A stretch of DNA of 22,669 nucleotides, taken from contig JANLPS010000451.1 in NCBI GenBank assembly GCA_031367385.1, positions 1 to 22,669 of the forward strand, written 5' to 3'. This DNA is from Archangium sp. Its GTDB lineage: Bacteria; Myxococcota; Myxococcia; Myxococcales; Myxococcaceae. Shown one piece after another: positions 1 through 8,785 of the stretch. Position numbers and translations under genes: made by a program. The notes under the pieces were generated by a model. That model saw only the letters and a program-made list of their open reading frames with translations. It was not told the DNA's origin and searched no databases. The stretch's first letter is position 1. Each line of letters begins with the position of its first letter.

Positions 1-295
1 GCCGGTTGCTCTGAGGGGAAGTTTTCTGCCCGCCGACCGCGTCGCTCAGCCCGCGCTCAGAGAACGTTTCTGGCGCTGCGAGCGTGTCTCATCGCGGTCC
101 CTCACCGCCGGTCGATCACGAACGTGCGCGGTCAACGACAGTCTGACGACCCTGCGCTCGCCCCAACGCGGGAAACTCTGGGTGAGGCCCAAGCCGACGC
201 GCCCAAGAGCACTCCGCCACCCGAGAAAACTCGGGTACCCGCTGGAATGCCTGCATCGCAGTCGCGTCGCGCGACCTCGGTGTGAACGGGGGTTG

Positions 296-1927
296 TTACC
301 GGGCGACGGGCGCTGGCTGGTAGATCCACGCGTCTTGGAGGATCTCGACCGTGCTGCCCTGCTCGCTCACGCCGCCGGTGATCAGCACCGCGCCGTCTTG
401 AAGCAACGTACACGTGTGCGAGTACCGCGCGGTCTCGAGGTTCGGCCCGCCGACGCTGGTGCTCCCGCCGCTGGCTGAGGGCTTGATGAGCACCGTCGAA
501 TCGTCGCTTCGGCTGGGCCCGTTGGCCGAGTCGATGGTGCGCCCACCCACCGCGAGCACCGTGCCGTCAGCCATCGTCACTGCGCAGATATCGCCACGCG
601 TGCCCACGCTCGGGCCCATTGCCACGGTCGCCGAAGCGGTCGAGACCACCTCCGATGAGGCGATGGGCTTGACCATCGTCGCGTCTGAGTAGCCGCCAAG
701 CAGCATCATGTCGGCCCCGTCGTTGAGCACGGCCACACCCGAGGCTCGGCGGCCCGGGTCGCTCAGCCTCGGAGGGTTGTTGAACGTCGGCGTCGTGTAC
801 GTCTTGCTCTTCGGGTCGTACTTGAAGAACGTGACGTCGGTCTCGAGCGTGGTGCCCATCGTGCCGCCAGCGCCTCCGACCGACATGATGAACTCGCCCT
901 GCTTCATCGCCGCGACCGCCATGCCGAGCCGCGGGTAGCTGACCCCCGCGACCACGAAGTACTTGTTCACGTCAGCGCTCGCCGGGTCACCGACGAAGAA
1001 CTCGACCTGCTCTGCGGGTATCAAGCCCGCAGTCGAGTTTCTCGTCAGGCCACCAATCACGACCACGTTGCCGTTCTGATCGAGCGCCGCCGCGTGATGC
1101 GACCGGGGAATGCTCGGCGGGTCATCGCGCCGGGTGGGGCCGTAGCGATCGACCGTCTCGTCGTAGACGACGATGTTCGGGTTCGGCGCCACGATGTTGG
1201 TGGGCATGTTGTTCTGCTGCACGTAGGTCTCTCCGCCCCAGAGCAAGACCTGGCCGTTGGGCAGCTTGGTCGCGGTGTGAAACGCCTTGGGCAGCTTGGT
1301 CTCGCCAGACGTGCTGCGAATGGCGATGTCTTGCGCCGACTCGAACTCGTTGGTCTCGGGGTTGAAAATCTCAGCGTCGCTGAGCGACGTCTTGAACAGG
1401 CCACTCTGGTTGTACCCGCCCGCGATGAACACCTTGCCGCTGTTGAGCAGCGTCGCCGTGTGCCCCGCCCGGGGGATGCGAAGCTTCGTGCACTGGTTGT
1501 TCGCGGCGAGGCTGGTGATCGGGTTGAACACGCCGACCTTGCGCAAGAACACGTTCACCTTCACCGGCTGCCCATTCAACGCCGTGGGAATGACGTCGAA
1601 CACCTCGAACGGCAGCGAGTGGCCAATCGAGATCACCTTCGCCGACGCGTTCGGGTCTCCGTCGTAGCCGCGCACTTCGATCACGCGGTGCGTACCGGAG
1701 GGGATCTGCGGGATCTTGAGCTTGCCCGCGTCGCTCACCGCGGTCGACGTCAACGGCGTGGCCAACCCGTCGCCGTACACGCGCACCTGCACGTACTTCA
1801 CGCCCGCGAACGGGTCGATCGCCGGGTCGCAGCTCTGAGTCACCACGGTCAACGCGTAGTTGATTTCCTTCGGCCCGCAGCCGACTCCGAGGGTCGAGAC
1901 CAGCAGCATCACTGCGCACCGCTTCAT
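296..1927 (-). CDS. Kelch-repeat (7-bladed beta-propeller) lipoprotein, ~543 aa
   Basis: Start moved to ATG 1927 (MKRCAVMLLVSTLGVGC, lipoprotein-type signal ending in Cys), 5 nt after the upstream stop. Seven Kelch motifs: RAGHTATLLNSGKVFIAGG, KAFHTATKLPNGQVLLWGG, RSHHAAALDQNGNVVVIGG, RLGMAVAAMKQGEFIMSVGG, RRASGVAVLNDGADMMLLGG, RGDICAVTMADGTVLAVGG, RYSHTCTLLQDGAVLITGG. A beta-rich N-terminal domain precedes them. Confidence 0.9.
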   Translation of the reverse strand: MKRCAVMLLVSTLGVGCGPKEINYALTVVTQSCDPAIDPFAGVKYVQVRVYGDGLATPLTSTAVSDAGKLKIPQIPSGTHRVIEVRGYDGDPNASAKVISIGHSLPFEVFDVIPTALNGQPVKVNVFLRKVGVFNPITSLAANNQCTKLRIPRAGHTATLLNSGKVFIAGGYNQSGLFKTSLSDAEIFNPETNEFESAQDIAIRSTSGETKLPKAFHTATKLPNGQVLLWGGETYVQQNNMPTNIVAPNPNIVVYDETVDRYGPTRRDDPPSIPRSHHAAALDQNGNVVVIGGLTRNSTAGLIPAEQVEFFVGDPASADVNKYFVVAGVSYPRLGMAVAAMKQGEFIMSVGGAGGTMGTTLETDVTFFKYDPKSKTYTTPTFNNPPRLSDPGRRASGVAVLNDGADMMLLGGYSDATMVKPIASSEVVSTASATVAMGPSVGTRGDICAVTMADGTVLAVGGRTIDSANGPSRSDDSTVLIKPSASGGSTSVGGPNLETARYSHTCTLLQDGAVLITGGVSEQGSTVEILQDAWIYQPAPVAR

Positions 1928-1932
1928 GAAAA

Positions 1933-3333
1933 TCACCACGTCGCGTTCACAGTGCCAGTCACCGGCCTCGTCACGTTCGACACCACGAAGTAGCCACCGA
2001 CCGCCGCGCCACCCGCAACCACGATGCCCGTCACCACCCACACCCAGACCGGCACGCCGCCCGACTTCACCTGGGCGCTCGCCTCGCGCGTGGGCGCCGT
2101 CACCAACGCCGCCGAGTCTGCGGCGGGAGCCCTGACCCGCGGCGTCAACACCGGCTTGCTCTTGGGGCCCACCACGTCGAGATCATCGGTCTTCACCGGG
2201 CCCGGGGCGGGCTTCACCGCCACCGCGACCACCGCCGGCTGCGCCTTGTGCAAGGTCAAATCAATCGGCAACGCCGTTGGAGTGCCGAATGAAATCGCCC
2301 GGCGAATCGCCTCGTCACACAGCTTGAACACCTCGGTGTTCGCGGTCAGCACGTCGGTATCGAAAGCGACCGGCGTGAGCAGCGACACCGCATTGCGCTT
2401 GAAGCTGTAGAGGGCCGTGCCCGCCTGCAGCTGCGTGTCATTGAGCCTGAGCACCACGCCGAACAACGCGAAGTCAGCGCCAGCGGCCTTGGTGAAGGCC
2501 TGCAGCCTCGAGACCATCGCCTCATCGACCGGCGAGCCCACTTTCGGGTCAGCAGCCACATTGATTGGCGCCCGCTCGGCGCTGGTGTTCGCGAACATCG
2601 CGCGGGCCTTCGTCACCCCGCCCTTCACTTCGACGGCCTGGCCCCAGCGCTCGCCGCGGCTGCTCTCGACGCGCACGTAGTGCATGCCGGCGGCGAGGTT
2701 CTCTTCGAGCACCGGCACCATGCCCAGGTCACGGCCATCGACGAACGCCGTCGAGCCCGAGGGCCCTTCGACCGACACCTGACCCCGGGGGGCTTTCTCG
2801 AGCCGCTTCTTGGCCTTGTCGAGCTCGCGCTGAAACACGGGAGGAAACCCGGCCGGCAGCACCGCCGACGGAGAGAGCCGAGCGAGATCAGTCAACGCGC
2901 CCTTGGCCTCTTTCTCGGAGCCCATTCGAAAATACGCCGCGGCGAGCTTCACGTTGGTATCGGTGACGACCGAAAAATCAGCGGTCGCCGGGTCGGCCAG
3001 CATGCCGTCCAACCCCCGACGGAGGTCTTTGACCGCATCTTCGAAGCGCAGCTCGTCGAACGCCTTCGTGCCCGTCTTGAGCGTCGCCAACACCTCGGCC
3101 GACGGCGCGCGTTTGACGCCCTGCGGGCCCTTCGAGACCGGGGCCGTGATGAACTCGACCGTGTCGGTGCGCGCCTTCAGCTCGTCATTTGCCAGTTGCG
3201 AAAACTTGGCCGCGGCCGCATCACTGGCGCCATCGCGAGCGGCGAACGGCACCACGACGACCTTCGCCCGCTCGGCGCCGAAGGCCGAAATACCTACCAA
3301 GACACACATCAAAAACGAAAAGTGTTGAGCCAT
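1933..3333 (-). CDS. Exported PEGA-domain/TPR-like protein with C-terminal hydrophobic segment, ~466 aa
   Basis: Start set at ATG 3333 (MAQHFSFLMCVLVGISAFGA signal peptide). TPR-like helices (FDELRFEDAVKDL, KLAAAYFRMGSEKEAKGAL), PEGA motif (GQVSVEGPSGSTAFVDGRDLGMVPV..L..GMHYVRVE), Pro/Ala linker, then hydrophobic WVWVVTGIVVAGGAAVGGYFVV. Confidence 0.85.
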   Translation of the reverse strand: MAQHFSFLMCVLVGISAFGAERAKVVVVPFAARDGASDAAAAKFSQLANDELKARTDTVEFITAPVSKGPQGVKRAPSAEVLATLKTGTKAFDELRFEDAVKDLRRGLDGMLADPATADFSVVTDTNVKLAAAYFRMGSEKEAKGALTDLARLSPSAVLPAGFPPVFQRELDKAKKRLEKAPRGQVSVEGPSGSTAFVDGRDLGMVPVLEENLAAGMHYVRVESSRGERWGQAVEVKGGVTKARAMFANTSAERAPINVAADPKVGSPVDEAMVSRLQAFTKAAGADFALFGVVLRLNDTQLQAGTALYSFKRNAVSLLTPVAFDTDVLTANTEVFKLCDEAIRRAISFGTPTALPIDLTLHKAQPAVVAVAVKPAPGPVKTDDLDVVGPKSKPVLTPRVRAPAADSAALVTAPTREASAQVKSGGVPVWVWVVTGIVVAGGAAVGGYFVVSNVTRPVTGTVNATW

Positions 3334-3462
3334 TGCGGCGGAGCCAGACGAAAAGGGATGAATGAGGCGCGACATACGCGAAAACGGCTGATAATACAGT
3401 GGTTTAACCGGCCGCACCCTACCGACGCCCTCCGCTTCGGTCAATGGAGCCTCTTTCGACCG
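3334..3462. promoter_or_regulatory. Divergent promoter region between the PEGA gene and the histidine kinase operon
   Basis: 129-bp gap between divergent starts, locally AT-rich (ctgataatacagtggtttaa), with -10-like hexamers GATAAT (+) and TATTAT (-) at about 3390-3396. No clear -35. Confidence 0.5.
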
Positions 3463-5001
3463 ATGCGGCTGTCGCTCGCCACCCGAATTTTCATTGGTTA
3501 CGCCGTGGTGTTGATCACCTTCGGCGCGGTTTCGCTGTTCAGCGTCACCGAGCTTCACCGCAACCAAGTCGAAATTCGCCTCGTCAGCGAGGGCTACCTG
3601 GGTCTGTTTCAGACCGCGTCGGCGTTGCAGAACCTGCAAAAGAACCAGGCCGACGAGACGTCACGGCTGCGCGTCGAACAGAACGTGGTGAACCGACGGC
3701 TGTTGATTCAGCTGTCGCGGCGGTATTTTTTCGAAGGGGTCGGGCAACAAATCGACGCCGGGCTCGCGACCACGCTGACCATGATGGAGTTCGCGCCCGA
3801 ATCAGAAAAACGCTTCATCGCTGAGCTCGGGCAGAAGTTCTCAGACCTGCGCACCGCGTACGACGAGTACCACGAGGTCGCCGAGGCCGCGTGGGCGACG
3901 CTCGAAGCCCCGTCACCCGACCCCACTTCTGCAGAAGAGCGAATCGACAAGTTGTCGCGAAGCGAGAGCGCGTTGGCGTCGAAAATTCAGCTGATCTACG
4001 GAGCGATTCAGTCGCGAACGCTCGAACGCTCGCGTCAATCGCTCGAGCGCGAGCGGCGAACCGGCTTGGCGATCATCGCGCTGTCGGTGGTGGCGATCGC
4101 GGTGGGGTTGCTCGCGACCGGCATCGCGGCCAGAGCGTTGAGGCCGGTGCGCACGCTCATCGATGGGGTCTCGCGCATTGGCCGGGGCGACTACTCGGCC
4201 AAGCTCGGCATTCAAGGCGACGACGAGATCGCGGTGCTGGCGCGAGAGTTCGACGCGATGGCACGCTCGCTCAAAGAACGTGAAGCCCAGCTGGCCGAGA
4301 AGCAAGCCGAGTTGCTTGGGGCCGAGCGCCTCGCCGCGGTGGGCCGCGTCTCTGCACAGGTCGCGCACGAGGTTCGAAACCCGCTCTCGTCGATCGGCCT
4401 CAACGTCGAGATGCTCTCTGATCAAATCGCCTCCGCGCACTTCGATGACCCCGACGGTGCCCGGGAGGCCCGCGAGCTGCTCGACGCGGTGACCAACGAG
4501 GTCGATCGCATCACCGCAATCACCGATGAGTATTTGACGCTGGCGCGACTCCCGTCGCCGACCTTGCGGCGTGAGAACCTGGTCGCGGTGATCGACAGCG
4601 TGATCGGCTTCTCGTCTGAAGAGCTCACGCGCTCGAAGGTCGAGGTGGTTCGGCGATTTCCGGCGGCTGCGGTCGAGGCGCTGTTCGACGAGAACCAGCT
4701 GCGTCAGGTGATCTTGAACCTGCTGCGCAACGCCCGCGAGGCCATGCCCGATGGAGGCAAGGTCACGCTCACCGTGGCGGTCGCCGCGAGCGGCATCGAA
4801 TTGCAGTTGGCCGACACCGGGCCGGGCTTGAGCGCCGAGGCGCGCGCGCGGCTCTTCGAACCTTTCTTCACCACCAAGCAAGGCGGCACCGGTCTCGGCC
4901 TGTCGCTCTCGCGTCAAATCATTCAGGCTCACGGAGGGCGGCTCGAAGCCTCCCCCGCCGGGCCTGGAACCACCTTCGTGCTGACCCTGCCCCGCCCGTG
5001 A
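3463..5001 (+). CDS. Membrane sensor histidine kinase (TM-periplasmic helical domain-TM-HAMP-HisKA-HATPase), ~512 aa
   Basis: Start at ATG 3463 (MRLSLATRIFIGYAVVL, TM1). TM2 LAIIALSVVAIAVGLLATGIAA; HAMP (RPVRTL..GVSRIGRGDY..GDDEIAVLAREFDAM); H-box AHEVRNPL; N-box QVILNLLRNAREAM; DTGPG; LFEPFFTTK; GTGLGL. Confidence 0.95.
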   Translation: MRLSLATRIFIGYAVVLITFGAVSLFSVTELHRNQVEIRLVSEGYLGLFQTASALQNLQKNQADETSRLRVEQNVVNRRLLIQLSRRYFFEGVGQQIDAGLATTLTMMEFAPESEKRFIAELGQKFSDLRTAYDEYHEVAEAAWATLEAPSPDPTSAEERIDKLSRSESALASKIQLIYGAIQSRTLERSRQSLERERRTGLAIIALSVVAIAVGLLATGIAARALRPVRTLIDGVSRIGRGDYSAKLGIQGDDEIAVLAREFDAMARSLKEREAQLAEKQAELLGAERLAAVGRVSAQVAHEVRNPLSSIGLNVEMLSDQIASAHFDDPDGAREARELLDAVTNEVDRITAITDEYLTLARLPSPTLRRENLVAVIDSVIGFSSEELTRSKVEVVRRFPAAAVEALFDENQLRQVILNLLRNAREAMPDGGKVTLTVAVAASGIELQLADTGPGLSAEARARLFEPFFTTKQGGTGLGLSLSRQIIQAHGGRLEASPAGPGTTFVLTLPRP

Positions 5002-6296
5002 CCTTTCGCTTCTTCAAAGACGTGTTGCCGTCGGGTTTGACGGTCGTGACGGTTGAAACCAAGAACCTCCACAGCGCGATGGCCGCGGTGTACGTGCGCG
5101 TCGGCTCGCGGCACGAGACGGCCAAGACCAACGGCGTGAGCCACGTGCTCGAGCATTTGTTCTTTCGCGGCAGCAAGCGCTACCCCGACTCGGTGCGCAT
5201 GAACGCCGCGGTCGAAGCGGTCGGCGGCAACCTGAACGGCGTCACCATGCGTGACTCGAGCTACTTCTACACGCCGGTGCACCCCGATGGCGTCGACGTG
5301 GCCCTGCGCATCTTGGGCGACATGCTGACTCAGCCGCGCCTGGTGCAGCTCGAGACCGAAAAACGAGTGATTCTCGAGGAGATGCTCGACGAGGTCGACG
5401 AGCGCGGCCGCGACATCGACGTCGACAACCTGGCCAAGCGGCACCTCTACGGCAGCCACCCGCTCTCATACAAAATCGCCGGCACCACCGACACGGTGAA
5501 GAAGCTGACGATGCGCGAGGTGAAGGCGCACTTCGAGACCTTCTACGTGACCGGCAACCTGGTGGTCGCGGTGGGAGGCCCGGTGCACCGCGACGAGGTC
5601 GTCTCACGCGTCGAGAAGAGCTTTGCCAAGTTGCCCCGCGGCAACCGGGTGCTCGAAGAGGCGCCTTCGATGAGCGCTCCGCCCGGGCCGACGCTGTCGT
5701 ACGTGCATCTCGATGAATCGCAGGTCGAGTTTCGAGTCACCTTCCCCGCGTTTGCTGAGCATCACCCTGATCACATGGCGCTGGGGTTGCTTCGCCGGGT
5801 GCTCGATGACGGCCTGTCGTCGCGCCTGCCACACCGCATCGTCGAGAAGCGCGGCCTGGCGTATTCGATCGGTGCGACGCTCGAGAGCTTTCACGACACC
5901 GGTACTTTCGACCTCGACGGGGCGTGTGCGCCAGAGCACCTCGGGCCCGTGGTCGAAGAATGCCTGCGCACCTTGGCGACGCTGCGCGCGGGCAAGATCA
6001 CCCGCGAAGAGCTGAAGCGGGCACAGACCCGCTACGCGATGCACCTCGATTTTCTGCAGGATTCACCGGGAGATCTCTGCGGCTGGTTCGGTGGCACCGA
6101 GCTCTTTCGCCCGGCCGAGACCTTCGAGAACCGGGCCGCGGCGGCCAGAGCGGTGTCGGTGAAAGACCTCCAGCGGGTGGCGAACGACGTGCTGACCCAC
6201 TCGGCGCTGCATTGCATCGCGGTGGGCCCGAAGTCGGCGAAGCGATCGGTGCAGAAGGTCATCGACCGGTCGGCGAGGCTGCTGCACAGCCGGTGA
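4998..6296 (+). CDS. M16 (pitrilysin/insulinase family, M16B-type) zinc peptidase, 432 aa
   Basis: VGSRHE..NGVSHVLEHLFFRGS (inverted zinc motif HxxEH), downstream Glu in EKRVILEEM, HPL..IAG, C-terminal SSRL..IVEKRGLAY motif. The GTG start overlaps the kinase stop (GTGA). Confidence 0.95.
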   Translation: MTFRFFKDVLPSGLTVVTVETKNLHSAMAAVYVRVGSRHETAKTNGVSHVLEHLFFRGSKRYPDSVRMNAAVEAVGGNLNGVTMRDSSYFYTPVHPDGVDVALRILGDMLTQPRLVQLETEKRVILEEMLDEVDERGRDIDVDNLAKRHLYGSHPLSYKIAGTTDTVKKLTMREVKAHFETFYVTGNLVVAVGGPVHRDEVVSRVEKSFAKLPRGNRVLEEAPSMSAPPGPTLSYVHLDESQVEFRVTFPAFAEHHPDHMALGLLRRVLDDGLSSRLPHRIVEKRGLAYSIGATLESFHDTGTFDLDGACAPEHLGPVVEECLRTLATLRAGKITREELKRAQTRYAMHLDFLQDSPGDLCGWFGGTELFRPAETFENRAAAARAVSVKDLQRVANDVLTHSALHCIAVGPKSAKRSVQKVIDRSARLLHSR

Positions 6297-6335
6297 CCGG
6301 GGGGTTCTTCGTCTTCGCTCAGGACGAACGAAGGG

Positions 6336-6344
6336 TGATATTCT
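6336..6344 (+). promoter_or_regulatory. Extended -10 element (TGnTATTCT) 7 nt before the GTG at 6352; probable leaderless promoter
   Basis: tgaTATTCTcgagggcGTG matches TGnTAnnnT, with spacing that places +1 at or next to the start codon. Confidence 0.5.
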
Positions 6345-6351
6345 CGAGGGC

Positions 6352-7014
6352 GTGTCAGAGAACGACCCACCTCCGCCGAATGATTCGGGCCTCGAGCTCG
6401 ATCTCCCGCCTCCGCCGCCGGGGCCTCAGCAGCAGTCGCCGACCCGCACCCAGAGCAACCCGAGCCTGGCCGCGGTGCGCTCGGCGTCGCGGGCGAACCC
6501 GCTCCCTTCGGCGGCACCGGCGAAGAAGCTGACCAAGGCGAAGCTGCAAGAAGGCGCGATCGACACGCTGCTCAACTCAGTCTCGATCTTGAGCGAGATG
6601 ATGGAGGACTTTCGGAGCTCGGATCGCTTCTTCAAGTACAAAGCCGGCGTTCTGGGCCTGTGGCTCTTCTTGAGCATCTCGAGCTTCGCGGTCGCCTGCC
6701 CCGGGCACGGCCCATCGAACGACATCGACGCTCAATTGATCACCATTCAGGGCTCGAAGGGCACCGTGTACTCGGTGAAAAACGCCAGCAAAGAGAGCTG
6801 GTCGGTCGTCAAAGTGGTGGTCAACAAGGCCTACATGACGACGCTCAACCGGGTCGAGCCGAACGTGCAGATGCTGCTTTCTCCGGCGGTGCTCTTCGAC
6901 ACGAACAACGCCAAGGCCCCCGATGACCTGGTCGTCACCGACATCGTGGTCGACGTCGACGAGCCGAGCGCCCAGGTGCAGCTGCTCAAAGACGGTCAGC
7001 CGCAGCAAAAGTAG
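6352..7014 (+). CDS. Hypothetical single-pass membrane protein, 220 aa
   Basis: Pro-rich disordered N-terminus, amphipathic helix, one hydrophobic segment (AGVLGLWLFLSISSFAVAC), small beta-rich C-terminal domain. Fills the gap between its neighbours. Confidence 0.8.
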   Translation: MSENDPPPPNDSGLELDLPPPPPGPQQQSPTRTQSNPSLAAVRSASRANPLPSAAPAKKLTKAKLQEGAIDTLLNSVSILSEMMEDFRSSDRFFKYKAGVLGLWLFLSISSFAVACPGHGPSNDIDAQLITIQGSKGTVYSVKNASKESWSVVKVVVNKAYMTTLNRVEPNVQMLLSPAVLFDTNNAKAPDDLVVTDIVVDVDEPSAQVQLLKDGQPQQK

Positions 7015-7042
7015 GCCCAAAGGGTTGTAGGCTCTGGCACCC

Positions 7043-8608
7043 GTGGCGCCTCCCCTCAATTCGTACGAGCGCATTCGCCGCCTCGCCGTCGGTGGCATGG
7101 GCGAGATTTTCTTGGCGCGCCGCAAAGAGGCCACCGGGCCAGCGGGCCTCGCGATTCTGAAGATGCTGTTGCCGCAGCGAACCTCAGAAAATGCGGCCGC
7201 GCAGATGTTCGCCGAAGAGGCGCGGCTGCTCACCTTGCTGCGGCACCCGAACATCGTGCGCATCTACGAGGTGTTCGAAGAGCAAGGCGAGCCGGTCATC
7301 GCGATGGAGTACGTCGATGGTGAATCGCTCTCGGTCTTGCTGCGAGCGGCGGCGACCGCCTCGAAACACAAGCCGGCGGCGTTCATCGAGGCGGTAGCGC
7401 AGGCAGCCCGTGGGCTCCATGCGGCCCATCGCGCGGTCGATGGCAACGGCCGGTCGCTCGATCTGGTGCACCGCGACGTGAGCCCCCAGAACATCATGGT
7501 GGGCCGTGACGGCATCGTGAAGCTGCTCGACTTCGGCATCGCCAAGGCGGTCGGCATACCCGCGCGTACGCAGCAGGGCGTGCTCAAGGGCAAGCTCGCG
7601 TACATGGCCCCGGAGCAGCTGGCGGGGTTGCCGCTCGATGCCCGCGCCGATGTGTTCGCGCTCGGTGTGGTGCTCTGGGAGTGCGCCCTCGGCCGCCATG
7701 CCTACGCGGGCAAGAACGAGATCGATTTGCTCAACGCGGTGATGGCCAATCAGCTGCCGCGGCCAAGCGAAGTGAGCCCCGACGTGCCGCGCGAGCTCGA
7801 AGACATCATCGTCAAGGCGGTCGCGCCGCAGCGGGAGCTCCGGTACCAGAACGGCGCGGCGCTGGCCGAGGCGCTCGAGACGTACCTGGCAAAGCTGCCC
7901 AGCGCGCAGCGGGTCGAGCTGGGTGACTATGTGAATTCGCTCGTCGGGCCTGATCTCGACCGGCGGCGGGCGGGCCTCGGAGCGGTCGAGCCCCTTCGCG
8001 GAGCGCCACGCCCGCAAGACGCGACGACTGAAGGAGCGCACGGAAAGGGCGCGACGACGATGAACCCGGTCGGCGCGATGTTTTCCGTCGCGGCGGAGGC
8101 GAGCTTATTCGAGGGGCTGTTTCGCGGCGTGACGCTGCCGCCGCGGGCGCTCGAGGAGCTCAAGCGCATCGGCGTCGACCCCAAGCGGTTGGAGTCGAAG
8201 TACCGGGTCGATGTGTGGGCGCACACGATTGAGATCGTTCGACGACACACGTACCCCGACCTGCCCCCTGACGAGGCGAACCGTCGGCTCGGGTACGATT
8301 TTTCGCGCGGGTTCGAGAGCACGATTGGCGGGCGAATGGTGCTGGCGCTGCTGCCGCTGCTGAAACCGGCGACGCTGCTGGCGAAGGTGCCGAGGTTCTT
8401 CAAGCTGGGCCGGCCCGACATCACGATTTCATGGGTGAGCACCTCGAAAACCAGCGGTTCGCTGCGGGTGATCGACATTGCGCAGGTCTCTCCGTACTTC
8501 GACGCGGGGTTGATTCAGTACATGATCGAGCGCATCGGTGCGCAGGCGAAGTCTCGCGTCGAGTTTCACTCGCTCAGGGAGTTCTCGATTCACTACGAGT
8601 GGGCGTGA
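7043..8608 (+). CDS. Hanks-type Ser/Thr protein kinase fused to a C-terminal DUF2378 (TIGR02265)-like domain, 521 aa
   Basis: Kinase motifs LAVGGMGEIF, AILKML, HPNIV, HRDVSPQNIM, DFG, YMAPEQ, DVFALG. The C-terminal ~175 aa (SLFEGLF..L.RIGVDPKRLESKY..W....EIVRRHTYPDLPPDEANRRLG..FSRGF.STIGGR) match the myxobacterial DUF2378 pattern as I recall it. No transmembrane helix. Confidence 0.9.
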   Translation: MAPPLNSYERIRRLAVGGMGEIFLARRKEATGPAGLAILKMLLPQRTSENAAAQMFAEEARLLTLLRHPNIVRIYEVFEEQGEPVIAMEYVDGESLSVLLRAAATASKHKPAAFIEAVAQAARGLHAAHRAVDGNGRSLDLVHRDVSPQNIMVGRDGIVKLLDFGIAKAVGIPARTQQGVLKGKLAYMAPEQLAGLPLDARADVFALGVVLWECALGRHAYAGKNEIDLLNAVMANQLPRPSEVSPDVPRELEDIIVKAVAPQRELRYQNGAALAEALETYLAKLPSAQRVELGDYVNSLVGPDLDRRRAGLGAVEPLRGAPRPQDATTEGAHGKGATTMNPVGAMFSVAAEASLFEGLFRGVTLPPRALEELKRIGVDPKRLESKYRVDVWAHTIEIVRRHTYPDLPPDEANRRLGYDFSRGFESTIGGRMVLALLPLLKPATLLAKVPRFFKLGRPDITISWVSTSKTSGSLRVIDIAQVSPYFDAGLIQYMIERIGAQAKSRVEFHSLREFSIHYEWA

Positions 8609-8630
8609 GCGCGGTGAACTGGAGAAGGCG

Positions 8631-8658
8631 AAAGCTCGCCAGGCCCGAGCCGAGCTTT
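8631..8658. terminator. Stem-loop downstream of the kinase gene (possible terminator or mRNA-stabilising hairpin)
   Basis: aaagctcg (8631-8638) pairs with cgagcttt (8651-8658), about 22 nt after the stop. No long U-tract. Confidence 0.3.
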
Positions 8659-8785
8659 GCCCAGAGGGGGCAGGCGAGAACGCTCGCGGCCAGCAACCAA
8701 GGCGGTCGCGAAGTTCCGCTCGGCGATTGACGCACTACACTGAGCGCATGTCGCACATGCTCCTCGAGACGGTGTTGGCTCGCCC

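Noticed and set aside
1..285. Open + frame from the window start to TGA 285
   Set aside because: Codon usage lacks the genome's GC3 bias and there are no recognisable motifs. It cannot be fully excluded as the tail of an upstream gene.
1928..2041. Extension of the Kelch ORF to 2041
   Set aside because: It overlaps the PEGA gene's 3' end. The lipoprotein signal begins at 1927.
2680..3462. N-terminal 261-codon extension of the histidine kinase ORF (773 aa call)
   Set aside because: It is antisense to the PEGA gene and Arg-rich nonsense. The real protein starts at MRLSL (3463), just before TM1.
3334..3639. N-terminal extension of the PEGA ORF (568 aa call)
   Set aside because: It overlaps the divergent kinase gene. 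A good signal peptide begins at ATG 3333.
3913..4932. Long antisense ORFs (also 1094-1993, 7184-8041, 9143-10111, 11845-12669, 15877-16788, 17950-18864, 18744-19649)
   Set aside because: Mirror or off-frame ORFs of well-supported genes in a GC-rich genome, with no independent evidence.
7043..8608. Kinase as part of an anti-phage defence system
   Set aside because: No nuclease, ATPase, toxin or mobile-element context. It resembles ordinary myxobacterial Pkn signalling kinases.
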